From the NCBI RefSeq assembly GCF_009914755.1, contig NC_060927.1: a DNA stretch of 64,000 nt; one strand, given 5' to 3'. A program made the translations under genes and the position numbers. This document shows, piece by piece, positions 30,001 to 48,665 of this stretch (within the stretch, counting starts at the first letter, position 1; the number at the start of each line of letters is the position of its first letter). The notes beneath the pieces were generated by a model, which searched no databases, was not told where the DNA came from, and saw nothing but the letters and a program-made list of their open reading frames with translations. The DNA is from the human T2T-CHM13v2.0 reference genome, Homo sapiens.

Positions 30001-30308
30001 GGCTGAGTGAGGTGGCTCACATCTATAATCCCAGCACTTTGGGAGGCTGAGGCAGGTGGATCATCTGAGGTCAGGAATTCGAGACCAGCCTGGCCAACAT
30101 GGTGAAACCCCGTCTCTACTAAAAATACAAAAATTAGCTGGGCGTGGTGGCAGGCACCTGTAATCCCAGCTACTCAGGAGGCTGAGGTAGGAAAATCGCT
30201 TGAACCTGGGCAGTGGAGGTTTCAGTGAGCCGAGATTGCACCACTGCACTCCGGCCTGGATGACAGAGTGAGACTCCATCTCAAAAAACAAAAACAACAA
30301 CAACAAAA
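30001..30308 (+). mobile_element. Alu
   Basis: Full dimer. Confidence 0.92.
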
Positions 30309-31329
30309 ATGTCTAGTCCTGGTAGGGGAGATATATACAGAGAAAATAATGCACCCAACAGGGAATGCTGTCTAACAGGCTTACTCCTGTAGCTTAGAGC
30401 CAAGCCAGAGGCTGCACTCAAATTTGTTTGTTGTTGTCTCCTTCCAGAGTCATAGACTCTCTCCTCCAGCATTTCTTGTTTAATTTTCAACTTCTGCCCT
30501 GGGATTCACTAGTGCATTCTGTCTTTAGTGGGGTTTTTGTTTTTTTTGTTGTTGTTTTGTTTTGCCTTCTCTCATTTAGTCATTCAACATACTGGATAAC
30601 AGGCAAGGAGCAGATCACAGATGACCATGTATGCCTAGCTAAGGAGTTCAGATTTTATTTAATGGGCAGTAGAGAAGTATTGAGGGGTGCTGAAAAGGTG
30701 AATTATACTTTCAATTTTAAGTTTGAGAAAAGTGGTGGCAGTGTGGTGCATGGGTTTGAGGAGTGATATGAGCAGGGAAGATTGGAGACCGGGAGCAGGT
30801 GAGGAGCCAGGCTTCTGTTCTGAGCTGTGCCCGGTGTACCTAGCAAGGGTCAGTAAGAGCTGAGAGCCGGGCATTGTGCTCTGTACACCCGAAGGAAGGG
30901 CCTCCTTTTTCACATTCACATGTCATCCTTTGGGCCAGTGGCAGCCAGGCCAGGGGCCCAGTTCCTAGACTCTTTCAACAGTCCAGACAAGGAATAAAAA
31001 GAGCAAGCAAGTGAGTGAACCTGACCTAAGGCAGTGGCCAATGAGGTTAGAGAGGATGGAGATGACTTGCTGTGCTAGTTGCTCCCAATTCATACTTTTT
31101 GCCTGCTCTGTGAAAACAGATCTGGAACCTTTCAATATTTTTCTTTCCCAGATGGCACAGAAGCTTTGTCAGAATTGGACAGGCATTACAGGAGGAAAGC
31201 TTTTACTTCCTGATTCCTGTGTGTGTGCCACAGGCTCCTGCATCACATGAGGCTTCCCCAGGGACCAGCTCCTGCAGAGCATAGCTCTCTCCAACACTGA
31301 GCTTCTGTAGTATGCTGACAGTGTTTCTA

Positions 31330-31925
31330 GTTTCCCGGCTCCTGCAGTGCCTGGCAGTCAGCAGCACCTAGTAGCCAGCAGCTGCCTCTAGAGCACCGGT
31401 TCCCACCCCTGGCCAGGTTTCGTAACATTTGCAGCTTCTTCAGTGTCTGGCTCCTGCAGTGTGTAGTTCCCAGCAGCAACCAGCAGAGGGCAGCCTCTCC
31501 TGGAGCCACATCAGATAGCTTTGTAGGTGAGATGCACCCCATAAACAACTGTCCCTGACACCTTAAAGGTTTCTGGAAAATCCCAGGGGCAGGTTTTCAT
31601 GAAGTTCTGCCAGTGTGGCATCACGGCAAGTTTTCTGTGTTCCAGAGATCCATGGCTGTGCCCGCTCCAAAGTCTGAATCTGAGCTCTTGAGGGAAAAGG
31701 AGGTTCTTCTTGGGCACTCTATCTCAGACCTAGAGCTAGGGCTCCTCCTTGTACCTGCTATTCCCATATTATTAAGAGTTCTCTTTACTTCTTACTAGTT
31801 AATCCGTCATTACCCCATCCTCACTTACCTCAGTACCCCTATTACTAACTTATAGTTAGTAATTACATATATGTAACTTCCCCTATTCAAATTACTGTGT
31901 ATTTGATCTCTCCTGATTGGAGACA
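31330..31925. mobile_element. Probable old ERVL-type LTR fragment
   Basis: End resembles TTCAAATTACTGTGT...TCTCCTGATTGGA; family uncertain. Confidence 0.3.
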
Positions 31926-32486
31926 TCAGAATTCAGAATGGACAGACTGATTCAGAATTTTTGCCAGGAGTGGTCTCTCAAAATACTACTGAGATGTGGA
32001 GGTGAAGGAGAAACGGAAGCTAGAGTAACTGCTCATCATTTTATCCCTCCTGACCTCATTTTTCTTCCTAGCTAATGGTATCAGTGGTACCATCTCCAAA
32101 TGGAGACATCAAGTGAGTACTGGTTAGAGCAGTCTGGGGCTCAGGGGATAGCTGGGTGGAATATACGGAAATGAAATTACTAGTATAGAGATAGTCAAGG
32201 AAACCTTACTTTGTGTAAGTGAGATCTTCAAGGGAGTGGTGTAGGAGTGCTCTCAGAGAACTAATGCATCTCTGTATAAAAAGTGACTGAACACCCACTC
32301 ACTACTTGGAAGTATGAATGTGGAAGTCAAAAACTTTGAGACTTCATTAAGGCAGGTCTTCACGAACCAGCTTAGGACTGAGTGGAAATTAAGAACAACA
32401 TTGAGTTACTATGCTGACTATGGCTACGTATTGTAGATAATTGAGTTGAAACAACCAATCACTTTCAATGTTCTGAACCCTAAAAA

Positions 32487-33050
<564 letters not shown>

Positions 33051-33365
33051 AAAGAGAGAGAGAGAAGAATGAAATAAAAGACTTTCTCCAGATACTTAAG
33101 ATAAATCTGGGAAAGAGAGGAAGAGAATAAAAATTAGAATACCCAAATAACAAAATTTAGAGCTCAAACATTAAACATATGAAGAAAATGTTTTGTCTTA
33201 GAATTATTATTATGTTACTAATATAGGGTGGGGATAAAAATTCAAACAATAAGAAATGTGCAAAGTGAAAAATGCAAACCCTATTTTCTATCCTCTCTTT
33301 CCCAGTCTCGCTCCTCAGAGGTCACCCTAGTTAAAAAATGTAGTGCATAACCTTCTAGACCTTAG

Positions 33366-33895
<530 letters not shown>

Positions 33896-34304
33896 CATAT
33901 TTTTAAATTTTAACATGGTATTCTGTAACTTGCCTTTTTCACTTAGCAATCTAAAATATGCTAAATATTGTTCCACGTCAGTACACATAGATTTATCTCA
34001 TATTTTAAAACAGTTGTATGGTATTCCGTTGCAAATATGTGCCATAACCTATTATACCATTCCTATTTATGGAGACCTGGAGGGTGAGAAGCCAGCCATT
34101 TAAAAAGCAGAGAAAACTGTGTTCCTGGGAAGGGATTAGCAAGGTCACAAAGGCACTGGGGTGAGGATGTTTGTCGGGTTCCAGGAACAGAGAGACCCAA
34201 CCATGGGATCCCAGTGGGTCCATCTGAGGACCAGAGACTGTGGTACAGAGAGCAGGGCTTGGACTTCCTGGGGTTGTTTCCTGCCTCCACAGTAGCTCTC
34301 TGAG

Positions 34305-34465
34305 AGACCCTGGGCAAGTGTAACCTCTGTGCCTCTGTGGCTTCATCTGTGAAATAGGAATGATAATAATACCTACTTCCTATGCTTGTTGTCAGGATCC
34401 AAAGAATTACTATTTTACATAAAAAGCCCTTAGAACAATGTCTAACTCATAATAAGTCAGCAGTG
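34305..34465 (+). mobile_element. MIR
   Basis: CTGGGCAAGT...CTCTGTGCCTC...CATCTGTGAAATAGGAATGATAATA core. Confidence 0.6.
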
Positions 34466-34514
34466 ATTATGCAGGTCATGGAAAGGATGTCAGATGTTAT
34501 TTAAGTGCAGTGGG

Positions 34515-35260
<746 letters not shown>

Positions 35261-36850
35261 ATAAAACTGGATATTCTTTAAAATCTTATTATACATTTGG
35301 AAGTTATAAATCATATTTGCTTTCATCCATGAATTTTTATTTAACATGGAGTAATTAAGTGACTAATTATACACTGAGCACTGAATTTTTTTGTTGGCAA
35401 TGGAATGTTGTAATTGGCTTTTTTGTCCTGATTATGAAAGTGATGTTATATCTTGCATGTATAATACTGGCTGCATAATATTCTACCATATGGCTGTACA
35501 TAATTTATTTAATCATTTTCTTTGTTTTTTCTAGTTTTTCAACATTTTAAATAACAAAATTGAGTATTTTTGTATATAAATTTATATCTGAGTTTTAAAC
35601 TTTTTTGCTTAAGATAGATTCCTAAAAGAAGAATACTTAGAGAAAATACTTTGTCAACAAGTATCATCTTTTTTAGGACTTTTGAAACATATTGTCAACT
35701 TACTTTCCAGAAAAGTTGCATTAATTTACACTCCTAGTAGCAATGACTGTTCACTACACCATTGCCATCATAACTAAAAAGTTTTTTAATAGGTGAAAAA
35801 TAGCATTTTGTAGTTTTAATTTGCATTTCTTTTACAAGTGACATGGATCATCTCCGCTAATCCCTTACTGCTTTTACCATGAAATGATGATGGCTGTGGT
35901 TCTCCCTGCCTGCTGTGCTCTCTCCACCCACACTATCTCCTTCACCTGGTTGATTCCTACCCATTCTTCATCTTTCATCTCCAGTGACACCCCTCAGTAT
36001 TGACTGCCTTCCTCTTGCCTCCAATAATATGTCTGATTTTTTTGATAGATGTTCTCATAGACTTGTGATCTTCTGAGCCACTTCTTTCTACTTGAAATTA
36101 TATATTTACTAATGGAATTGTTCAATTAATGCTTATTCCCCCAAAACTCTAAGCTTCAGGAAGGTAGGAATCTTTTGCTTATTGCTGAATTTCCATTCAA
36201 TAAACGGTTGTGGAATGAATGAATGCATGAAAAAAATGAATAGGAAGTAGGAAGGGAAAGGTACTATGATTGGCTAAGCGGGGTCATGTGTCTACCCCTC
36301 TTCCTTGGAGGCAGGTCTATTACTGGAATAAACAGTGACACAAATACAGTTAGTAAGAAATCATTGTGAGCTGAGCAGCTATTCCGATTTGTGTCAGCCA
36401 CAAGAAGTTTAAAATTTTTCTGTACTCAGACCTACAAATATTCTTTGTTAAAATTTTATTACATTTAGGCTTAGAATGTCTTTTCTCACTCTGAGATGAC
36501 ATGTATCCTTACATTTTCCTCTAGGTTTTAAAAAGTGATTTCTTTTAAACATTTGACAGCAGTTGGGAAGTTCTCACTTCGAAAACACTGGAGAAACCAC
36601 AGAAAACAAGGTTCAGTGCAGGAACGAATTTTCTGAACTGAACAGAAGAGAAAGAGGATGACAAATTTGATATAAGACATTGTCTTTTACTGATTTTCTA
36701 TGGTCAAATGGAATGTCTTAATGTTAATATTGTCCTCGCCAGAACTTTTTTGCTTAAGATAGATTCCTTAAGCAACTTTTTTGCTTAAGATAGAATATTT
36801 ATGGGGCCAACACCATTAAAAGAAAACCCAAAGAGTGGACTGAGTTTTTA

Positions 36851-37385
<535 letters not shown>

Positions 37386-37597
37386 CTAGTTAAAACCCTG
37401 CCTCCCATCCCCAGTCAGCCCAACCCTTCCTGATTAGTCTAGGGAGTCCTTAGAGAGATGCTTGCTTTCTCCTTTTGGCACTTCTCTACCACTGCCTGCC
37501 ACTACCCTGGGAATTGGGGGCTCTAATTCAGACTGCGTGGCTTACTTCTAAGTGTCTTAACGGAGACTGTGCTGATATTGTTCTTCTATTTGATACC

Positions 37598-38050
37598 TGT
37601 CAGGCCTCTGAGCCCAAGCCAAGCCATCGCATCCCCCGTGACTTGCACGTATACGCCCAGATGGCCTGAAGTAACTGAAGAATCACAAAAGAAGTGAATA
37701 TGCCCTGCCCCACCTTAACTGATGACATTCCACCACAAAAGAAGTGAAAATGGCCGGTCCTTGCCTTAAGTGATGACATTACCTTGTGAAAATCCTTTTC
37801 CTGGCTCATCCTGGCTCAAAAAGCTCCCCCACTGAGCACCTTGAGACCCCCACTCCTGCCCGCCAGAGAACAAACCTCCTTTGACTGTAATTTTCCTTTG
37901 CCTGCCCAAATATTATAAAACGGCCCCACCCCTATCTCCCTTCACTGACTCTCTTTTCGGACACAGCCCGCCTGCACCCAGGTGAAATAAACAGCCATGT
38001 TGCTCACACAAAGCCTGTTTGGTGGTCTCTTCACAGGGACGTGCATGAAA
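37598..38050 (+). mobile_element. Solo LTR7 (HERV-H LTR)
   Basis: Starts TGTCAGGCCTCTGAGCCCAAGC, ends GCATGAAA; internal TATAAAA and AATAAA; perfect 5-bp TSD ATACC (37593-37597 / 38051-38055). Confidence 0.92.
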
Positions 38051-38115
38051 ATACCCTCTCTATTAAGGATTTTTTTTTTTTAGGTACTTTTGTTGTAGCT
38101 CCTCTCAATTAAGTC

Positions 38116-38405
38116 TTTTTTTTTGAGACGGAGTCTCGCTCTGTCGCCCAGGCTGCGGTGCAGTGGCGCGATCTCGGCTCACTGCAAGCTCCGCCTCCTG
38201 GGTTCATGCCATTCTCCTGCCCCAGCCTCCCGAGTAGCTGGGACTACAGGCCCCCGGCACCACGCCCAGCTATTTATTTTTGTATTTTTTAGTAGAAACG
38301 GGGTTTCACAGTGTTAGCCAGGATGGTCTCGATCTCCTGAACTCCTGATCCGCCCGCCTCCGCCTCCCAAAGTGCTGAGATTACAGGCCTGAGCCACCGC
38401 GCCCG
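38116..38405 (-). mobile_element. AluY-like
   Basis: Reverse consensus; TSD ATTAAGTCTT. Confidence 0.92.
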
Positions 38406-38729
38406 ACCTTCTATTAAGTCTTAAACTGGCTACCAGTGTACTAGGAAATTTTGTTTGGTATAAGATATAGATCGTATTATTTTTCTCCATATAGATATCA
38501 CCAGTTTTCCCAACATTGGGTATGAAATAACTTGTCCTTGGCTCCTCTGTGGTGCTACTTTTATTGTATATTTCCATATATGCACATGTCTATTTCTAAG
38601 CTCTCTACTCTTCCATTTGTCTACTTGACTGTGCCTGCAACAATATTGCTTAAAACATTTTATTACTAAGGCTTTATGGGCGTGTCATTAAAACTGGTAA
38701 GACGAGCCTCCCTTTGCAATTATCTTTTT

Positions 38730-39115
38730 GATGCGTCAGTTTGGTTAGTTGTTCAATGAAAATGAATCTAGGTGTTGCCAGGAAGGTATTTTGTAGATGT
38801 GATTAAAATCCATTACTCTGTTAAATTTAAGTGAGGGAACTTGTCCTAGATAAACTGGGTGTGCCTAATTCAATCAGTTTAAAGATCTAAAGAGCAGAGG
38901 TGGGGCTTCCCTAAGGAAGAAAAAATTAGTCCTGTGGACTGCAGAGTCCTGTCCCTGAGAATCCCAGCCTGCCTGTCCTGATACCCTGCTGTATGGATTT
39001 CAGACTTGTTGGGGGAAACCCACACAAATTCTGTGAGCCAATTTCTTGGAATAATTCTCTTAATATATATCTCCCATATAGGGAGGGTACTGTTTTTCTG
39101 TCTTAACGCCAATAC
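38730..39115. mobile_element. MLT2-like ERVL LTR
   Basis: CTAGGTGTTGC...GAAGGTATTTTGTAGATGTGATTAA and GTGAGCCAATTTCTT motifs. Confidence 0.55.
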
Positions 39116-39234
39116 ACTTTCTTTATATTTTTTAAAAGATTGACTTAGTTATTTATGAAACTTTATTCTTTTAAATAAATTGTAGAGATGTTTATTGAGT
39201 TCCTCAAAAAATGTAAAATTTTGATTTTCTTTTT

Positions 39235-39845
39235 CTTTTTTTATTGATATATAATAGTTGTACATATTTTGGGGATCATATGGTATTTTGATAATTGCAT
39301 ACAATATGTAATGATCAAATTAGGGCAATTGGGATAGCCATCACCTCAATCATTTATCTTTCCTTTGTGCTGGGAACATTTCACATCTCTTCTAGTTATT
39401 TTGAAATATACAATAAATTATTATTAACTATAATTTTCCTACTGTACTGTATCGAATACTAGAACTTACTCCTTTTATCTAACTATATTTTGTTATCCCT
39501 TAACCAACTTGTCTTCAGCCCCCTCATCTCTTCCTCACCTCTGATAACCACTACTCTCTACCTTCATGAGAATGAGAATAACTTTTTTTTTTTAAACACG
39601 GTCTCACTCTTTCACCTAGACTGGAGTATAGTGGCGTGATCTCAGCTCACTCCAACCTCCGCCTCCCAGGCATGTCTTTCTATGCCTGCTTATTTCACTT
39701 AATATAAGGAACTGGATCTCCAGTTCCATTCATGTTGCTGCAAATGACATGATTTTATTATTTTTTATGGCTGATTAGTATTCCGTTGTGTATATATACC
39801 ACATTAAAAAAAATCTATTCATCCACTGATGGATGCATAGGTTGT
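39235..39845 (-). mobile_element. L1MA-type 3' end fragment with embedded Alu piece
   Basis: CAGTTCCATTCATGTTGCTGCAAATGACA and TGTGTATATATACCACATT motifs. Confidence 0.7.
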
Positions 39846-40011
39846 GGCCCTCTTGGAGCTTGTCTTTATTTAGAATTGTGATTTTTTTTTTTTTTTTGAG
39901 ACAAGGTCTTGCACTGTTGCCCAGGCTGAGTACAGTGCATGATCACGGCTCACTGCAACCTCAGCCTCCCAGGCACAAGCATTCCTCCCACCTATCCTCC
40001 CAAGTAGCTGG

Positions 40012-41113
<1,102 letters not shown>

Positions 41114-41454
41114 CTGGGACTATAGGTGCAAGCCACCATACCTGGCTAATTTTTCTGCATTTTTTTGTAGAGATAGGATTGCATCATATTGCCCAGGACG
41201 GTCTCGAACTCCTGGGCTCAAGCAATCTGCCCGCCTCAGCCTCCCAAAGTGCTGGGGTTACGGGTGACAGCCACCACGTCTGGCCTTATTTCTCTTTATA
41301 AATGAATTGTTGTTTTTTGAGCACTACCATTTTAGGCAGGAGGTGGGAGAAGATAAAGTGTGAGAGGCTGGTTGGGGTAGCAAACTAGGCTGATAGTGAA
41401 AAAAATGTGTTGAGAAATAACAGCAGTTAATTTCTTTTGAATGTGTCACATAGA

Positions 41455-41660
41455 TTAAGTGGTTTAATTTTATTGAATCCTCACTACAACTATATGAGGT
41501 AAATACCATTATTACACCCATTTTACATAGATGAGGACATTGAAGCTGGGAGGAATAGTAAAACTTGCCCAAGGTCACAGCCTGTAGGTGGCAGAACTTG
41601 GTGTTAAACATTAAACCCAGGACTGTCATGCTCAGAAGCTTTAATCTTTATGATATACAG
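41455..41660 (-). mobile_element. MIR
   Basis: CCCATTTTACATAGATGAGGACATTGAAGCT...ACTTGCCCAAGGTCACA core. Confidence 0.65.
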
Positions 41661-41693
41661 CCTTCCAGTTCAGAGTAAGCTGGGCTGAGCTAA

Positions 41694-42102
<409 letters not shown>

Positions 42103-42409
42103 CAAAAGCAGACTTCTTTCATCAAAGGGACCCTAAATAAACACCTTGACCTCAGCTCAACAAACTGTCAAACTTAAAAAAGGAAAAAAAAAAAAAAAGG
42201 GCATCATTGATGATGCTCTGCGAGCACAGTGCTTTTTTTTTTTAATGGTTTGTAAGTTTAGTGGGTTTGTCCTGGTAGAGATTAGCCTAGGTAAAAAGCC
42301 ACAGCTTCTTGCTCGCAGTGTAAATGTTTATAGACTGGTGCTTGCTCATTTTAGCTTTTCTTGTTGAGTCACTTATACGTCTCATTTTTCCTTACAGATT
42401 ATTTCAAAA

Positions 42410-42880
42410 ATAAACTTTTTACTGAAGTTGAAGATACATATAGAAAATTACATACATCTTAACTGTAAAGCTGAATAAATTTTTACAAAATGAATGCACT
42501 CATGCAGTCAATACCCAGATTAAGAAATAGAACATTACTAGTCCTTCTGAAGTTCCCATTAAGCGTCTTTCAGTAACTTTCCATCAAAGTATCCATTATT
42601 CTGATGTCTACGCTGTGGATTAGTTTTTCCTGTGGTTGAGTTTTATAGAAATTGAATCATGTGCTATACACTCCTTTACTTTTTTTTGCTCAACATTATA
42701 TTTGTGAGATTCTTCCAGGTTGTTGCGTGTTGCTAAAGTTAATTTATTCTTTTTGCTGTATGGTATGTCATTGTTTGACTATGCCACACTTTACCCTTCT
42801 AATCCTTAGAATTGGACGTTTGGGTTGCTTCCAACTTTTGGCTACCATAAGTAGTGTGGTCATGTCCTTGTAGACTTTTG
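42410..42880 (-). mobile_element. Old L1 (L1ME-like) fragment
   Basis: ACCCAGATTAAGAAATAGAACATTAC and TTTGTGAGATTC motifs. Confidence 0.55.
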
Positions 42881-43136
42881 ATTTTTTTTTTTTTCAGTCA
42901 GCCTTTAAGATGTGCAGCTCATCATATCATGCTGTAATCAAGATGTGACAACAGTCATGTCATGTCATGCCACCCAGTCCTTTGGCTGTACCACCAATGT
43001 ATTGCATAAAACCACTCGATTACTCTTAGGTAATATGTATGTGTGTACATGTTCATGTGTGTGTGTGTGCATGTACAGATTTTTTTTCCTTTACATCCTT
43101 GAATCACATTATATATGAAGTTCTCTATACTGCTGA

Positions 43137-43779
43137 TGTAGCGGCTTCATTGTCTGGGGTAAATAGCTGGGATTTGTTGTCTCGCACCAAGATTAAAGAC
43201 ATGGACACACGCAAGGAGTCAGTTTAGGAGTAGAGGTTTAATAGGCAAAAAAAAGAGAAAGGAGAGCAGTTTCCTCTCTCTTACCAGACAGAGGGGCGTC
43301 TGAAAGGGAAAAGCTGGCCTGCGGTGGACCATAGCAGATTTTACAGGTAGGCTTGAGGAGGCAATGTATGATTTATGTAGGGCCCACAGATTGGTTTGAC
43401 CAGGTGTGACATTTACCTAGCTTGTGGGGAAGGCTGGTCATCCCACCCTAATCTTATTATGCAAATGGGCTTTCCACTTGGCCAGTGCCATCTTGTCTGC
43501 TCCTTGCTGTATGCATGGCTGGCAAAGAGAAGGGAAGATGGATCTGCCATTTTGATCATGCGTAGTCCCAGGTAGCCTTTTCCTATTGGCACGACTGGCG
43601 ACATTCACCTGTGCAAGTTTCCAGCTTGCTTGTCTATGTCTGCAGCTTGATTTTACAGGCTGCTCTTTGTTAGAGAAGAAAATGATGTTGGGGCTGCTTT
43701 TCATTAAAGGGAAAACATTACTAAGGACTTCCTTATCCTCACTATCTGCCTAAGTAATTTCTTTTTAACTCCTATGTCA
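43137..43779 (-). mobile_element. ERV1 solo LTR (LTR9/MER61-like)
   Basis: TG...CA termini; minus strand begins TGACATAGGAGTTAAAAAGAAATTACTTAGGCAGATAG; near-TSD CTGA/TTGA; subfamily from recall. Confidence 0.65.
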
Positions 43780-44401
43780 TTGATTCTGTATGACTTTGCA
43801 TTGTGAGCATTTCTCACTTTATAAAAATTCCTGCAAAATGTAATTTTTAATGGAGATCTCTATCATTCTGTCTTATGGCTCTACCACAATTTATTTAACT
43901 AACCCCCTAATGGTTGATATTTAGCTTATCTGCAGTTCTTGTCAATACAAATAATGCTGTGGATAAACTACCTTGGATGTAAATCTTTGTCTCTTTTGCG
44001 CCTCTGCTTTGAATGGGACTGAAAATTCCCTGTATGGTTAGTGTGGGACTTGTAGTTTAGGGTAGCAGAGGCACTATATATCTTTCTTGTGACATATCTC
44101 GCTTTATTCCATTAGTATCTTCATCTTGGAAATGAGAACATACAGTTTCCCACTTACCTGGGCCCTCTGGATGTAGCTTGTCCAGGCCAGCCACTGCAAC
44201 TTTGCCCTCAAGAAATGAACACTTGTGTATAACCAACTCTTTTAATCTTTACAACTCCAGAATTTACCTCTCAGTTTCATTGCGGTTTACAATTGTGGAG
44301 GAGGGAACTTAGAATTGCTTCCTCTTGGGAGAATAATCGGGCAGGAGCAGGAGATGTAAATGAAAGAGTAGAGGGACAGGTAAAGGGCAGAGGGGCTGTA
44401 G

Positions 44402-44844
<443 letters not shown>

Positions 44845-44980
44845 TCAACTGCTATTTTCAATTCCATTCATATGCTATTATGAATATATGATTGGTGGAG
44901 TTAGGTTCCTGAGAAAGCTGAAGGGCGTGGAGGCAGAATTCAGAAACATGTTCATATCTTTCCTATTAAAATAATTACAG

Positions 44981-45270
44981 GGCCAGGCCTGGTGGCTCAC
45001 ATTTGTAATCCCAGCACTTCGGGAGGCTGAGGCAGGAGGATCACTTGATCTCAGAAGTTTGAGACCAGCCTGGGCAACGTGGCAAAACCCCGTCTCTACA
45101 AAAAATACAAAAATTAGCTGGGAATGGTGGTGCATGCCTGTAGTCCTAGCTACTCGGGAGGTTGAGGTGGGAGAATCACTTGAACCCAGGGGGCAGGGTT
45201 GCAGTGAGCTGAGATCATGCCACTGCACTCCAGCCCGGGCAACAGAGCAAGACTCCGTCTCAAAAAAAAA
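44981..45270 (+). mobile_element. Alu
   Basis: Full dimer. Confidence 0.9.
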
Positions 45271-45577
45271 TTCCACTTTATCTTGTAACCACAGTTCACT
45301 TGTCCTTCCTTCATGGCAGGGCTCTTCAAAGGAGGCATCTGCACTTGTATTCTTCACCTCCTCACCTCCCAAGATGTAGTTTCAATTCCAACCAGTCCAA
45401 CTCTGAAGTCATTCCCCGTGACCCCTGCTCCTGCTCACCATTCCCCATCCAGTTGGCAGAGTCATTTTTTTAGCCCTTTTTCTTCCTTACTTTCCCTTTC
45501 TCCACATCCAATCAATCATGAAGACCTTCTCAGTTTACCTCTTAAATTTCTTTCACTTTACTCCCATTGTCACCACC

Positions 45578-46320
<743 letters not shown>

Positions 46321-46943
46321 TCCTGACGCTGCCTCTGTTCAAGCCTTTAGTGTTTCTCACCTATGTCATTTCTTCAGGATAAGCTTAGGACTGTCCCTGC
46401 TTCCAGCATTGTCTTATTTCAACCCAGCCACTACTCTGCTGCCAGAAGATCTCATAATACTGCTGTGGCTGTTGGGATAAGCCAAGCTCCTCACCATGCC
46501 TAGCATGCCCTTTGTGTTCTGGGCCTTTGCTCTCCTTCCGTCTTATTTCCTGCTGCTCACATAGCATTGCTGCAGCCATCATGACCCTGTGGGATCATTG
46601 CCCTGCCTTTGGGCTTGGCTGTGTGAAGTTTTTCCTGCCTGCGATGGTTTCTCTCCCTACACTCCCTGAATAAATGACTCATGTTGGGTCTTCAGGCCAA
46701 CTGCAGCATTATCTCCTCTGAGAAAACCTTCCCTAATTCTGGGTTTTGTGCTTCTCCTCCATGACTTAGGTCCCTTGAGTTTCCTTTGCCATTGCCCTGT
46801 ACTACAGTTTTATTTATTTATGAGCTTAGCCCCCTTACAAGAGCCACATCACCAGGACATCTAGTTCAATGCCTTGTATACCAAAGGCACTCAATGCACA
46901 TTTGCTGAACAAATAAATATGTGAGTGAATCAGTCTTCATTTA

Positions 46944-47640
<697 letters not shown>

Positions 47641-47829
47641 ATTGAAAATTGCAGTGTCACAGTGAGTAAGTGGACTAGTGGTAACAGGAACAAGGAGGGG
47701 CACAATAAAAGGCGTGGTAATTGGAATGGGTTTATAATTCTCACCAGAGAAGAAACACAGCATTTCGGCTGGTGTCGCTGCTCCAGGGAAAGTTCTGTTA
47801 CTCCACTGACTCTCTCTTTTCCTGATAAC
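47641..47829 (+). promoter_or_regulatory. NMRAL2P: Putative NMRAL2P proximal promoter / 5' UTR
   Basis: ARE GTGACACTGCAATTT (minus, 47646-47660), reverse CCAAT 47720-47724 and TATA-like TTTATAA 47731-47737, all upstream of the ATG. Confidence 0.55.
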
Positions 47830-47869
47830 ATGGCCAGCAAGAAAGTAATTACAGTGTTTGGAGCAACAG
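47830..47869 (+). pseudogene. NMRAL2P: NMRAL2P first coding-like exon (MASKKVITVFGAT)
   Basis: AACATGG Kozak context; donor G|GTAAAA; resembles NMRAL1 MVDKKLVVVFGGT. Confidence 0.9.
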
Positions 47870-48665
47870 GTAAAAAGTCTTTAATTTTTAGGGCATGCTG
47901 ACTTTGCTCACTCTCCTGTCTTCCTGTTTGTAACTTTAGAGCCTGCAAGTGTGGGCTGAACAAAGAGCTCTTTGGAAGAAATTTTTTAAAGTATCCTATT
48001 GCTTTAGTTCTTGATGTGGTAAAGGGGTGGCATGATTTGATTTGTAACTTGATCTCAGCAGGACAAGGACACTGACGTAATCTCCCTTTCCCAGTCATGG
48101 GGCTAACTGGTTGGTATAAGTCTCATTTCAACATAAGCTATACTCTGAAGTCTTCTCTCCACTCACTTCCTAATAAGCAAAAGGTACAAGTGTGAGGGGC
48201 CTGGGGGTTTGTAGTGAATATCCAATGCCTGACCAATCTTCCAGGGAGTCTGCAAGGATGGAGTGTGTGGGAAGTTTGCATTCCTGGCTCCCTTACAGTT
48301 TGTTCCTCAACAGTCAGAGCCATCTTTGCACAATATAAATCAAATCAGGTTTTTCTCCTTCAATCTATTCTCATTTCAGCCTCCCAAGGATCCATTTGAA
48401 ACTGTCAGATCATGTCAGGCCTCTGCTCAAAACCCTCTAAAAGATCCCAGCCCCATGGCACTCCCAGTAAAGTGCAAAGTCCTGCTAATGCCCTGCAACA
48501 GGGCCTTGGAAATGTTGTGTCAGAACTCTCTTCCTGCCACCCTCCTCTCACTCCGCTTCATTACCCTGGCTTTCTTGCTGTTCCTCCAAAACAATCCCAC
48601 AAATACAAAGGCTCTGGCCTTTGTATTGGCTGCTTCTTCAACCTAGAATGATCTCCCTCTGTTAC

